From Phycisphaerae bacterium (GTDB lineage Bacteria; Planctomycetota; Phycisphaerae; UBA1845; Fen-1342), in assembly GCA_963675745.2 (NCBI GenBank), contig CAXXWX010000015.1, positions 96,001 to 160,000 on the forward strand: a stretch of DNA of 64,000 nt, read 5' to 3'. Both the position numbers and the translations under genes were made by a program. Positions 33,144 to 43,271 of the stretch are shown one piece after another (position 1 is the first letter of the stretch; each line of letters starts with the position of its first letter). The notes beneath the pieces were generated by a model, which did not search any database, had not been told where the DNA came from, and saw only the letters and a list, made by a program, of their open reading frames with translations.

Positions 33144-33671
33144 CTATGGACGGATGACGCGCTCGAGTTTCAGCGCTCGCCGCAGGTCGATTATCTGCCC
33201 GGTGTGCACAGCGGCGTGTAGCAGCACGCGCATCACGAGCGCGCGCATCGGTAATTCCGTATTCGCCCACGTGACGGTTTTTTCCAGCGTGGCCGTGTCT
33301 GCCGCGCGCAGGGCGGCCACAATCCGATCGAATGCCGCCTCGAAAATCTCAACGCCGCGCTCCAGCGTGGGAAATACCGTCGGCTCGTCCGCCGGCCGCG
33401 TGTCGTAGGCCACGGACTCGGTGTCAAAGCGCAGGTCGGTGCCGCTGGCGCCATCAGCGGAGATGAAGTCACGTTCGGGCAGGGGCTGACCGTCGATCAT
33501 CTCGGCCGTCCGATTCAGATATAGCGCAATATGCCCCAGGCACCACATCAGGTGATTCGGCAGGTTCTCCGCTTGTCGCGTGCGCGTACTTTCATCGAAG
33601 CCGGCCAGAAACCGCGTCAGAGACTCCTTGGCCGCCAGGGCGGCGTCGGCGAGCAGATCCTGTGCAGTCAT
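33144..33671 (-). CDS. DinB-family protein
   Basis: NHLMWCLGHIA and LLHAAVHTGQIIDLRR His triad. Confidence 0.88.
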   Translation of the reverse strand: MTAQDLLADAALAAKESLTRFLAGFDESTRTRQAENLPNHLMWCLGHIALYLNRTAEMIDGQPLPERDFISADGASGTDLRFDTESVAYDTRPADEPTVFPTLERGVEIFEAAFDRIVAALRAADTATLEKTVTWANTELPMRALVMRVLLHAAVHTGQIIDLRRALKLERVIRP

Positions 33672-33771
33672 GTCATCTCCGTTGGCATGTAGCTCAGTGC
33701 GGGCCGGTCAAACAACACTGGCGACCCCGACATTTCAAGCCCGTAACGCCGTGGCCGGCCATCATGAGGTG

Positions 33772-35262
33772 CTACAGCAGCCCCACGTGCCCGTTAAAGT
33801 CCTCGATCAATCGATCCCACTCGGACACCTGTCCCCAGGTTTCTTCCCAGAAATCCGGATCCCAGAGCCGCCGCAGTTCATCCACATCGCGCTGCTGCTG
33901 CTCCACCCAGGTGAAATACTTGAAGTTGTGCAGCATTTTACGATCGCGATAGTCCAGCTCGCGCATATTGTCGGTGCCGATGCCCTCGATATAACGCGCG
34001 AAATGGTGTGCGGCGTTTGTCTGATCGTAAACGCCATACTCCGCGTGCTGCTCGGCCAGTCGGGATTGGTAGAGCTCGGTGGAATCGGTCAGCGGCGTGA
34101 TGATCACGTCGCGCGCGTCAAACTCGTAGTATCTGGCCGCCTTGATCGCGGCGACCAGGTTGCAGATGCTGGAAATGCCCAGCAGCGGCAGTTGCTCGAC
34201 AACCGCGCGAGCGGCACCCGCGCGCTCGAGAAACTGCCAGCCGGCCTCTTCGTTGAAGAGCCTCAAGAGCTGCATGCATTGCTCGTCGTCCACGGCCACG
34301 ACCATGTCGGTGTTGCGCACGTTGTGAATCCAGGGCACGTGCTTGTCGCCGATCCCCTCGATCCGGTGGCCGCCAAAGCCGCACGACAGTAGTGTCGGGC
34401 ACTGAAGCGCCTCGGTGGCTATGACCCTGAGTTGTGGGTAGCGCGTGCGGAGGAAGTCGCCGGCGGCGATGGTTCCGGCGCTGCCGGTAGCCGAGACGTA
34501 TGCCGCCAGACGCGGCGCGGGCATCTGTTCGCGCTGTGCCGCGGCTACGGCGCGCTGGAAGATCTCGTCGACGATTTGGCCGGTCAGGTGATAGTGCCAG
34601 ATGGCGTTCCCGAATTCGTCGAACTGATTGAAAATCACGCAATCCGAACGTGTGCGGCGGATCTCCCAGCACTTGTCGTAGATTTCCTTGACGTTCGACT
34701 CGCAGCCGGGTGTGGCAATCACCTCCGCGCCGACCGACTTCAGCCACTCGAAGCGTTCGGTGGACATCTCCTCCGGCAGAATCGCCACGGCCGTGCAACC
34801 CAACAGCGCGCAGTCGTACGCCCCGCCGCGACAGTAGTTGCCGGTGCTGGGCCAGACCGCTTTCTGCGTTGTGGGGTCGAACTTGCCCGACACCAGGCGT
34901 GGCACCAGGCAGCCAAACGCCGCCCCGACCTTGTGAGCGCCCGTGGGGAAGTGCTTGCCGACCAGGCCGATGATGCGGGTGGAGGTGCCGGTTATCTCCG
35001 GGGGGAACTCGATCCAGTTGCCGTCGTTGAACCCACCGCCGCGCTCCACCGGCTCGTTCTTCCACGTGATCCGGAAGAGATTCAGCGGATCGACGTCCCA
35101 CAGGCCGACGTTCTTGAGCCGCTCCTTGATCTCGGGCGGTATGGTCGTCGGGTCCATCTGCTGCGCAAACGTGGGGATGATGATGTTCCGCTCGTGGCAG
35201 CGCCGGGCTGTCGCTTTAAGCACGTTCTCGTTGATCTGCATGTTTGTCACCAGGGTAGCCAC
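33772..35262 (-). CDS. PLP-dependent enzyme, fold type II (cysteine synthase / threonine synthase-like)
   Basis: FPTGAHKVGA (PLP lysine), WPSTGNY, ATGSAGT, HRIEGIGDK. Confidence 0.85.
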   Translation of the reverse strand: MATLVTNMQINENVLKATARRCHERNIIIPTFAQQMDPTTIPPEIKERLKNVGLWDVDPLNLFRITWKNEPVERGGGFNDGNWIEFPPEITGTSTRIIGLVGKHFPTGAHKVGAAFGCLVPRLVSGKFDPTTQKAVWPSTGNYCRGGAYDCALLGCTAVAILPEEMSTERFEWLKSVGAEVIATPGCESNVKEIYDKCWEIRRTRSDCVIFNQFDEFGNAIWHYHLTGQIVDEIFQRAVAAAQREQMPAPRLAAYVSATGSAGTIAAGDFLRTRYPQLRVIATEALQCPTLLSCGFGGHRIEGIGDKHVPWIHNVRNTDMVVAVDDEQCMQLLRLFNEEAGWQFLERAGAARAVVEQLPLLGISSICNLVAAIKAARYYEFDARDVIITPLTDSTELYQSRLAEQHAEYGVYDQTNAAHHFARYIEGIGTDNMRELDYRDRKMLHNFKYFTWVEQQQRDVDELRRLWDPDFWEETWGQVSEWDRLIEDFNGHVGLL

Positions 35263-35331
35263 CTCTCCAGGATGTCAGCGCCGTTTGCAGCGGCGCGGTC
35301 TCGCGTTCAACGCAGCGCTTCGGCGAACAGT

Positions 35332-35357
35332 GTAGCGGCCTGCGCCTCGCCGGCCGT
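35332..35357 (+). repeat. REP palindrome copy
   Basis: gtagcggcctgcgcctcgccggccgt. Confidence 0.8.
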
Positions 35358-35652
35358 GGGATATCGGGAACTCCGTTGTGCGCCGACGGCCGCCGCGGTG
35401 CCTTGGGCACCTTCTGTGTGCCATCGCCGAATCGGCTATACTACCCGCTTGCGAGTTTGATTTGGAGCACCCGCGGCGTCATTTACCGCGAAGTTGACTC
35501 GCAAGCCGGTGCGGCACTTTATACGTAAAGGACGCTGTGCGCACGCACCACGCTTGCGGCCGGCGCCCCCGGGCGTGTTAGCATTGGGGCCGCTACCAAC
35601 GCAATTGCGCGGTCAACCCGCAAGTCATTGAGACTGTAGATGGAGAAGACTG

Positions 35653-36969
35653 ATGGCGATCGTACTCGAGAACGCGCTGCTCGCTGATTTGGACCCGATT
35701 CGTGTCGAACCGGGCGGCTTACGCATCGACGCCGGCAACATCACCGAGCGCGGAGCACGCGTCTCGCAGACGGCGGCCGACGAGGTGATTGACTGCGCCG
35801 GCGCCGTCGTGCATCCCGGGCTGGTTAATGGTCATACGCACCTGTACTCGGCGCTGGCGACCGGCATGCCGGCACCGCCGAAGAGCCCGACCAACTTCCG
35901 GGAAACGCTCCAGTATGTTTGGTGGCGCCTCGATCGGGCGCATGACGCGGACTCGATCGAGTACTCGGCGCGGATCGGTGCGCTCGACGCCCTGCGCTGC
36001 GGAACGACAACGCTGATCGACCATCACGCCTCGCCGAGCCACATCGCCAATTCGCTCGACCTGATTCGTGACGGGCTCGCCGACGCCGGTGTGCGCGGCG
36101 TGCTGTGCTATGAGACGACGGATCGAAACGGCCCGGATGGTGCCGCGGCCGGGCTCGAGGAGAACCGGCGATTCGCCAGTGCTTGTCAGCAACAGCCCGA
36201 CGGCCGTTTCGCCGGACTGATCGGGGCACACGCGTCGTTCACGGTCGGTGACAAGACGCTCGCCGATGTCGCGGGCCTCACGAAGCAGCTTGGCGTTGGC
36301 GTACACGTGCATGTTGCCGAAGATCCTTGCGATGAGGATGACTGCCGGTCGCGCCACCAGGTCGGCCTGAGCGAGCGCTTCGCAAGCAATGGGCTGCTCG
36401 AACCAAACGCCGTGCTCGGGCACGGGACACACCTTGACGATGAGGCTATCAAACGCGTCATCGACGCCGGCCTTTCCATCGCGCATTGCCCGCGCTCCAA
36501 CATGAACAACAGCGTCGGGTATGCGCCGGTCGCGCGCTTCGGCGACATTGTCATGCTCGGCACCGACGGGCACGGCAGCGATATGTTCACCGAGGCGCGC
36601 ATCGCCTGGTTCATCGGGCAGCACGAGAAGGCCGGCCTGACGCCGGACGATGTGCTGCGCATGCTGGCGGCATCTGCCCGGCGGGCGTCGGCATCGCTGG
36701 GCGTGACGCTTGGCAAGCTCGAGCCCGGCGCGGTCGCCGACGTGGTCGTCACGGACTACCGTCCCGCGACGCCGATGACGAGCGCGAATCTGGCGGGCCA
36801 TTTTCTTTGGGGAATGAGCGCGGCCAGCGTCGCGAGCGTGATCACCGGCGGCCGCTGGGCCGTGCGGGACAGGAATGTGCTGACGCGTGATGAAACGGCG
36901 GACCGACGCCGCGCCCTGGAGGTTACCAACGCCTTCTGGGATCGCCTGAGCGGATACGGCTGCGATTGA
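35653..36969 (+). CDS. ssnA: SsnA-like amidohydrolase
   Basis: PGLVNGHTHLYS, WWRLD, GTTTLIDHHAS, GAHASFT, HVHVAE, PRSNMNNSVG, LGTDG. Confidence 0.85.
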   Translation: MAIVLENALLADLDPIRVEPGGLRIDAGNITERGARVSQTAADEVIDCAGAVVHPGLVNGHTHLYSALATGMPAPPKSPTNFRETLQYVWWRLDRAHDADSIEYSARIGALDALRCGTTTLIDHHASPSHIANSLDLIRDGLADAGVRGVLCYETTDRNGPDGAAAGLEENRRFASACQQQPDGRFAGLIGAHASFTVGDKTLADVAGLTKQLGVGVHVHVAEDPCDEDDCRSRHQVGLSERFASNGLLEPNAVLGHGTHLDDEAIKRVIDAGLSIAHCPRSNMNNSVGYAPVARFGDIVMLGTDGHGSDMFTEARIAWFIGQHEKAGLTPDDVLRMLAASARRASASLGVTLGKLEPGAVADVVVTDYRPATPMTSANLAGHFLWGMSAASVASVITGGRWAVRDRNVLTRDETADRRRALEVTNAFWDRLSGYGCD

Positions 36970-36976
36970 GTCGCGC

Positions 36977-37161
36977 GTGGCGGCCGACGTCCCCGCCGGC
37001 TGGCGGCTGATGTAGCGGCTGGCGGCTAATGTAACGGCCGGCGCCCCGCCGGCCGGCGCACACCGTAGACGCCACTTCGCGCCGACGGCCTGCGAGGCGC
37101 AGGCCGCTACTTGGCGCTGGCCACCACTTGTCGCAGGCCGCTACTTGGCGCGGGCCGCTAC
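36977..37161. repeat. REP mosaic (BIME-like) between convergent genes
   Basis: Forward heads gtggcggccg, gtagcggctg, gtaacggccg; full reverse copy at 37082-37110; further ggccgctac tails ending 37144 and 37161. Confidence 0.8.
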
Positions 37162-37181
37162 TTGTCGTATGACGCGGCTGG

Positions 37182-37790
37182 TCAGGTGAGGTCCGCCAGA
37201 TCCGTGGGGGTATCCACATCATGCGTCACGCCGTGCGCGCGGCGCTCCACCAACCGCACGCGGTCCGCGTGTGCGTGCGGCAGAGCGTTCAAACCACGAT
37301 CACAGGCGCTTGAGCTGACGTACGGCGTGAATCGCGCGGGAAAGATGATCGGATGCCCGCGCCGTCCGCTGCGACTGGCGATGATGATGTGGTCCGGCGC
37401 GAGGCGGAAGGCATCGATGCACGCGTCGAAATCCGCGGTCGCGATTCCCGGCTGATCGCCCGGGCAGATAAGGAAACCATCGTGGTCGCGAATCGCCGCG
37501 CGCTGGCACCACGTGTCCATGCCGAGACGAACCGAGTCGATCATCTCGCTTCCGGGATTGTCGTTGAGCACAGCAAACACTGTCGAGTGCGGCGGCAGCG
37601 CGAGTTGCTCGGCGATTACCGCACGCGTGACCAGCGCGACACCCTCGACGCGCGAAGCGGCGAGCGGCTCGACGACCGCCGCGGCCATCTGACGTCCGCC
37701 GACGTCGATAAGCTGTTTATCCGCGCCCATGCGGCGAGACCAGCCGGCAGCGGGGACAATAGCGAACACGCGCGGCGGGCTCTGGTCCAT
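37182..37790 (-). CDS. Molybdenum cofactor cytidylyltransferase-like nucleotidyltransferase (MocA/YgfJ family)
   Basis: IVPAAGWSRRMGADKQL, PGDQP, GRRGHPIIF, DVDTPTD. Confidence 0.9.
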   Translation of the reverse strand: MDQSPPRVFAIVPAAGWSRRMGADKQLIDVGGRQMAAAVVEPLAASRVEGVALVTRAVIAEQLALPPHSTVFAVLNDNPGSEMIDSVRLGMDTWCQRAAIRDHDGFLICPGDQPGIATADFDACIDAFRLAPDHIIIASRSGRRGHPIIFPARFTPYVSSSACDRGLNALPHAHADRVRLVERRAHGVTHDVDTPTDLADLT

Positions 37791-37824
37791 TGTGCAGTCG
37801 GCTTTCAGCGCGCGGTGGCCGCCG

Positions 37825-39030
37825 TCAATTCGGGATAAGGGTGAGCGCATCCGCCGGGCAGGCGGTTACGCACAGCCGGCAGCCGGGGCACTTCTCCTTG
37901 TCAATCACGGGATAACGCGTCGCCTCGTCGATCGTGATGGCCTGGTGGGCACCATCCCGGCACGCGACATGGCACAGATCGCACTTGACGCAGCGCTCCT
38001 CGATCAAAGATGAGACCATCTTCTGATCACGCGACAACTCGCCGTGGCTCACAATGGCGCCGAGTGCCAGGCCGACGATGTCACAAGGACGGTCGTGTCC
38101 CTTTTCCTCGAGGTAAAACGCCAGCCCGTCTTGCAGGTCATCGACGATGTCGTAGCCGTAGTGCATCACGGCCGTGCAGAACTGGACCGTCGTCGCGCCG
38201 ACCAGCATCATCTCGACGGCGTCGCGCCAGGTGACGGGGCCACCGGTGGCGGTGATGGGGATGTCGACATTCTTGCTGATCTCGGCGAGTGTGCGCAGCG
38301 TGATCGGCTTGGTCGCCGGGCCTGACAGGCCACTGTAGGTGCTGCGGCCCTGCACGTCGGGATAGGGCACGAGCGTGTTCACGTTGACGCCCATCAACGA
38401 TGGAATCGTATTCGCCGCGCAGATGGCATCCGCGCCGCCGCGCTTTACGGCCTGGGCCACGTGTACAATGTTCGTGACCTGGGGGGTAATCTTGATCACG
38501 ACGGGACATCGCTGTGCCGCCTGCTTTACCCATCCGGTGACGCGCTCGGTCGCATCAATGCTCTGTGACAACATCGCGCCGGGCTCCTCACCCATGCTGC
38601 CCTGCGGGCATGAGAAGCTGCACTCGATGATGTCCACGCCGGCGTTTTCGAGGCGTTTGACGAGCGTCTGCCACTCCTCTTTCTTTGAGCCCATGATGCT
38701 GGTCGCGACGACCCGGTCGGGGTATTCGTTTTTCAGCGTCGTCACGCGCTGCTCGACCGCGTCGATGTGGTGCTCGGAGATCAGGTCAATATTGCCAAGC
38801 CCGACAATCCGCCGCCCCTGATGGTGCAGGGCGCTCATCATGGGGTATACGAGGTCAACGCACTCACTCTCGACCGACGTGGTCTTGAGCACGGCGCCGG
38901 CCCAGCCGGCTTCGAATGCGGCCCGGACCATGTCGAGGTCATCCGTGGGCGGGGCGGCGGACAACAGGAACGGGTTGGCAAAGCGCACACCGCAGAAATC
39001 CAGCGACAGGTCGCGCGAATGGGTGATCAT
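37825..39030 (-). CDS. preA: NAD-dependent dihydropyrimidine dehydrogenase subunit PreA
   Basis: NPFLLSAAPP, GWAGAVLKT, NIDLIS, SFSCPQG, two C-terminal 4Fe-4S motifs (CVKCDLC, CPGCRLC). Confidence 0.92.
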   Translation of the reverse strand: MITHSRDLSLDFCGVRFANPFLLSAAPPTDDLDMVRAAFEAGWAGAVLKTTSVESECVDLVYPMMSALHHQGRRIVGLGNIDLISEHHIDAVEQRVTTLKNEYPDRVVATSIMGSKKEEWQTLVKRLENAGVDIIECSFSCPQGSMGEEPGAMLSQSIDATERVTGWVKQAAQRCPVVIKITPQVTNIVHVAQAVKRGGADAICAANTIPSLMGVNVNTLVPYPDVQGRSTYSGLSGPATKPITLRTLAEISKNVDIPITATGGPVTWRDAVEMMLVGATTVQFCTAVMHYGYDIVDDLQDGLAFYLEEKGHDRPCDIVGLALGAIVSHGELSRDQKMVSSLIEERCVKCDLCHVACRDGAHQAITIDEATRYPVIDKEKCPGCRLCVTACPADALTLIPN

Positions 39031-39032
39031 TA

Positions 39033-40358
39033 TCACAATCCTCTGATGTAGGCATCAATGGCCCGTGCGGCGCGCACACCCTCGGCGACCGACGCCACGA
39101 TGGTCGTGCCACCACCGGCGACCGCGTCGCCACCGGCGTATACGCCGGGACGGGATGTCGCGCCTGTTTCGGGATTCACCTGGATAAAGCCGGCCTTGTC
39201 GGTATCGACGCCGGGTAGTGCATCGGCCAAGTCCGGCGCCGGTCGGGCCCCGGTTGCGAAAACCACCATCTCGCCCGGCAGCCAGTATTCCGTGCCGGCG
39301 ATCGGTACCGCGTTTTCCGGAACGAAGCGGTCCGGCACCTGCCAGCGGATGCGCACGGCCCGCAGTCCGGTGACCTTGCCGCCTTCACCCGTTATCTCGA
39401 TCGGCAGCGAGCGCGTGTGGAAGCGGGCGCCCATATCTCGCACCTCGGCGAGCTCGTCTTCGTCCGCGGGCATCTCGTTGGGAGCTTCGAGACACACGAT
39501 ATCGACCTCGTTGGGCGTGCGGTGAAGCACGGTGGTGGCCACGTCCATCGCCACACCGCCGGCGCCCACGACGATCACGTGTGGCGGCAACTCGGGCTCG
39601 GCGCCTTCGCCCAGGTGGCTGGCGGAACAGGCGTTGAGCAGCGGTTTCCACGTGGTGACACCATCGAGGTCAGTGCCGGGGACCGGCGGCAGGTTGGACT
39701 GCTGCGCCCCTACCGCCAGGTAGCAGGCGCGGTATCCCGATGCCAGCAGATCGTCCAGCGTCACGTCGCGTCCGAAGCAGGTCGAGGTCTGTATTTCGGC
39801 GCCCAGCGCTTTGACGTGCTCGACTTCGGCGGCAACGAGCTCGTTCGGGATGCGCTGCGCGGGCACGCCATAGGTGCAAATCCCGCCGGCGCGCGGCGCC
39901 TGCTCAAAGACAACCGGCTTGTGCCCGCGTGATGCCAGCTCGGCCGCCGCGGCAAGTCCCGAAGGTCCGCCGCCGATCACGGCCACTTTCTCGCGGTCTT
40001 CGTCGCCGGCTGGGGCAGTGCTGCGGTCGGACTGGAAATCCGTCACCGCGGCATAGTGCTGTAGCCGGCCGATCGCGATCGGGGTCGTCAGATCGCTGGA
40101 ACGGCAGGCACCAACGCACAGACGCTCCACGGGGCAGGCCAGTCCGCAGATGCCCGCGAGCACGTTCCGCTCCCGGATCAGGTTGATGGCGCGGCGTGGA
40201 TTGTCGAAGCGGATGGCGCGGATGAAGTGCTTGACCGGAACGTGTGCCGGACAAGCGGCTTCGCAGGGTGGATCGTCGCACAACAGACAGCGGGAGGCTT
40301 CCAGCATGGCCTGTGTGTCGGTCAAGGTCGGACCAAATTCGTGGCTTACTTCGGTCAT
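39033..40358 (-). CDS. preT: Dihydropyrimidine dehydrogenase subunit PreT (GltD-like)
   Basis: EASRCLLCDDPPCEAACP, CGLACPVERLC, VIGGGPSG, YAGGD; coupled to preA. Confidence 0.88.
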   Translation of the reverse strand: MTEVSHEFGPTLTDTQAMLEASRCLLCDDPPCEAACPAHVPVKHFIRAIRFDNPRRAINLIRERNVLAGICGLACPVERLCVGACRSSDLTTPIAIGRLQHYAAVTDFQSDRSTAPAGDEDREKVAVIGGGPSGLAAAAELASRGHKPVVFEQAPRAGGICTYGVPAQRIPNELVAAEVEHVKALGAEIQTSTCFGRDVTLDDLLASGYRACYLAVGAQQSNLPPVPGTDLDGVTTWKPLLNACSASHLGEGAEPELPPHVIVVGAGGVAMDVATTVLHRTPNEVDIVCLEAPNEMPADEDELAEVRDMGARFHTRSLPIEITGEGGKVTGLRAVRIRWQVPDRFVPENAVPIAGTEYWLPGEMVVFATGARPAPDLADALPGVDTDKAGFIQVNPETGATSRPGVYAGGDAVAGGGTTIVASVAEGVRAARAIDAYIRGL

Positions 40359-40517
40359 ATTCGTCTCGCTGCCTGGATATGCCGCCTTGCGGCCAGAGCC
40401 GCCGATTTTGCGACCAGCATCATAGGCCTAGCGCCGCTACCAAGGCAAGTCCGCTGAGCGGCGCGGCTCCCGTTGCCGCGTCGCCGCGGCTCGGCTTAGA
40501 ATGGCCGCCGACGCCCC

Positions 40518-43166
40518 ATGACAAACGAAGCCAATGCAAAACCAATCTCCTTCGCACTCAACGGGAAGGACGTGACGGCAAGCGTCGATCCGGCGCGTTC
40601 GCTGCTTAGCGTGCTGCGCGAAGAGCTTGGCGTCACGTCACCGAAGAATGGCTGCGAACCGCAGGGAGCGTGCGGTTGTTGCACGGTTCTGGTCGACGGC
40701 CGGCCATGGCTGGCGTGCAAGACGTCTATGACCAAGGTGGCGGGTCACCACGTTACCACGTTGGAGGGGCTTTCTGAGCGAGAGCGCCGCCAACTGGCCG
40801 ATTGCTTCGTCCGCAGCGGTGGATTGCAGTGCGGATTCTGCATCCCCGGCATCGCGGTGCGCGCGACGGCTCTGCTGAATCGCAATCCGACACCATCGCG
40901 CGCGGAAATCGTCCGCGAGCTTCGCGCTCACCTTTGCCGCTGCACTGGATACACCAAGATCATCGACGCCGTCGAGTTGCTCGCGCGCGTGCGCCAGGGC
41001 GCCGAGCTTCCCAGCCTCGAACAGAGCGGCAAGGTGGGCACACGGCTCGATCGGCACGGCGCCCGCGACCAGGTGCTCGGCGACTTTCAGTACGTTGATG
41101 ACATCCGGCCGCAGGGCGTGCTCTACGCCGGCCTGCGATTTGCTGATCATCCCCGCGCGGTCGTCAAGGCCATCGACGCATCCGCGGCGCAGGCCTGTGC
41201 CGGGGTGCGTCGTGTGATCACCGCGGCCGACGTGCCCGGCGAGCGCTACGTCGGCCTGATCGAGCGGGACTGGCCGGTCCTGGTGGCGATCGGCGAAGAA
41301 ACGCGTTGTATGGGCGACGTAATCGCGATTGTCATCGCTGACAACCAGCGTTTGGCACGCGCAGCGGCGGCGAAGTTGGTCGTGGAATACGACGTCCGCG
41401 AACCGGTGACCACGCCGGAAGCCGCGCTGAAGCAGGATGCTCCGCGCATTCACCCGTGCGGCAATCTGCTCTCGCATTCCAAGGTAAGACGCGGCACGAC
41501 GGAGAGCGCGCTGGCCGATTGCGCGCACGTCGTCGAGGAAACCTATACCACGCAACGCGTCGAACACATGTTCCTCGAACCCGAGGCGTGCGTTGCCGTC
41601 CCGCAATCAGACGGCTCGCGGTTGCACGTGTTCAGCCAGGGGCAGGGTGTGTTTGACGACCGCCGGCAGATTGCCGCGGTTCTCGGCTGGGAGGCCGAGC
41701 GCGTACACGTCGAGCTGCGCTCGACCGGCGGCGCGTTTGGCGGCAAGGAGGACCTGAGTATTCAGGCGCAGACGGCGCTTGGGGCCGTGCTGTGTGCGGC
41801 GCCGGTGAAGTGTACGCTCACGCGCGCTGAGAGCTTCCGGCTGCACCCTAAGCGTCACCCGATCAGGATACACATCAAGGTCGGCTGTGATGCAGAGGGG
41901 CACATCACCGGCGTGTGGGCCCGGATGATCGGTGACAAGGGCGCCTATGCCTCGGTCGGGGCCAAGGTGATCGAACGCGCCGCGGGGCACGCCGTCGGCC
42001 CCTACAAGGTCCCCAACGTGGATGTTGAGGCTCTCGGGGTGTACACGAACAATCCTCCCGGCGGCGCGATGCGCGGTTTCGGTGTGAACCAGGCCGCGTT
42101 CGCGATGGAGCGCTCGCTTGATCGGCTCGCCGGCAAGGTCGGGATAAGCGGCTGGGAGATGCGCTGGCGCAACGTGCTCGACGTCGGCGACCGCTTCTGC
42201 ACGGGGGAGATACTCGACAAGCCGTTTGGACTCAAACGCACGCTCCTGGCCGTGAAGGACGCGTACAACGCCGCGAAATACGCGGGCATCGCCTGCGGGA
42301 TCAAGAACATCGGCATGGGCAACGGTCTGGTCGATGAGGGCAAGGCGGTGATGCGGGTCGAATCACCCCGGCGCATCACTATCCGTACCGGCTTCACTGA
42401 GATGGGGCAGGGATATTTCACCGTCTGCGTGCAGGCCGCCTGCGAGGAAACCGGCCTGCCGCCGGACGTTTTTGCACCGCTAACTGACACGTCGGCTGAC
42501 GTTAACTGTGGTCAGACAACCTCCAGCCGCGCCACGGTGCTGGGCGGAATGGCCGTCAAGCGCGCCGCGACCGCCTTGCGCGCACAACTGGACGCCGGCA
42601 ACTCGCTGGAGGACCTGGTCGGCCGTGAGTTTCGCGGCGAGTACACCTGCGCCCCCACCAGCCCGCCCGACGCGACGGACCCCGAACCGAGAGTTCACCT
42701 GACCTACGGCTATGCCACGCAAGTGGTGATCCTCAATGATGATGGCAGCATGCGAAAGGTGATTGCCGCCCACGACGTCGGTCGGGTCATAAATCCCACC
42801 TTGCTCGAAGGACAGATCGAAGGCGCGATTCACATGGGGCTCGGGTATGCGCTGACGGAAGAGCTGGTGGTCCAGCGTGGCGAACTCCAGAGCCGGACCG
42901 TCAGATCGCTCAACATTCTCCGGGCCCATCATATGCCCGAGGTTGAGTGCGTTTTCATCGAAGTGCAGGACCCTGAGACAGTCTATGGCGCCCGTGGTGC
43001 GGGTGAAATCGGTCTGGTGCCGACGGCTCCCGCCGTGGCCGCGGCCCTGGAGGCGTACGACGGTATTCACCGCACGAGCCTGCCGATGCGCGATTCCCCC
43101 GCCGCCCGGGCAATCCTGAAATCAAAGGGGCCTCGACGACTAAAATCAGAGTCTGAGTGTAAATGA
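40518..43166 (+). CDS. Xanthine-dehydrogenase-family molybdoenzyme, 2Fe-2S and Mo-binding domains fused (selenium-dependent XDH architecture)
   Basis: KNGCEPQGACGCC, QCGFCIPG, LCRCTGY, GGAFGGK, AMRGFG, GQIEG, GAGEIG. Confidence 0.9.
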   Translation: MTNEANAKPISFALNGKDVTASVDPARSLLSVLREELGVTSPKNGCEPQGACGCCTVLVDGRPWLACKTSMTKVAGHHVTTLEGLSERERRQLADCFVRSGGLQCGFCIPGIAVRATALLNRNPTPSRAEIVRELRAHLCRCTGYTKIIDAVELLARVRQGAELPSLEQSGKVGTRLDRHGARDQVLGDFQYVDDIRPQGVLYAGLRFADHPRAVVKAIDASAAQACAGVRRVITAADVPGERYVGLIERDWPVLVAIGEETRCMGDVIAIVIADNQRLARAAAAKLVVEYDVREPVTTPEAALKQDAPRIHPCGNLLSHSKVRRGTTESALADCAHVVEETYTTQRVEHMFLEPEACVAVPQSDGSRLHVFSQGQGVFDDRRQIAAVLGWEAERVHVELRSTGGAFGGKEDLSIQAQTALGAVLCAAPVKCTLTRAESFRLHPKRHPIRIHIKVGCDAEGHITGVWARMIGDKGAYASVGAKVIERAAGHAVGPYKVPNVDVEALGVYTNNPPGGAMRGFGVNQAAFAMERSLDRLAGKVGISGWEMRWRNVLDVGDRFCTGEILDKPFGLKRTLLAVKDAYNAAKYAGIACGIKNIGMGNGLVDEGKAVMRVESPRRITIRTGFTEMGQGYFTVCVQAACEETGLPPDVFAPLTDTSADVNCGQTTSSRATVLGGMAVKRAATALRAQLDAGNSLEDLVGREFRGEYTCAPTSPPDATDPEPRVHLTYGYATQVVILNDDGSMRKVIAAHDVGRVINPTLLEGQIEGAIHMGLGYALTEELVVQRGELQSRTVRSLNILRAHHMPEVECVFIEVQDPETVYGARGAGEIGLVPTAPAVAAALEAYDGIHRTSLPMRDSPAARAILKSKGPRRLKSESECK

Positions 43167-43271
43167 CGGGACAGATGCACAGAACTCGAATCGCTACCGA
43201 CAGGTGTCATGCACGGGTAGCATGGCAGGTCAGCAGCGTAAACGCCGTCATCAGCTCCGCGCGGTGCTGTA

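Noticed and set aside
43164..43230. Selenocysteine read-through of the xdh TGA
   Set aside because: The TGA falls after the complete domain, an in-frame TAG follows about 20 codons later, and I see no convincing SECIS; this enzyme class uses a labile Se cofactor
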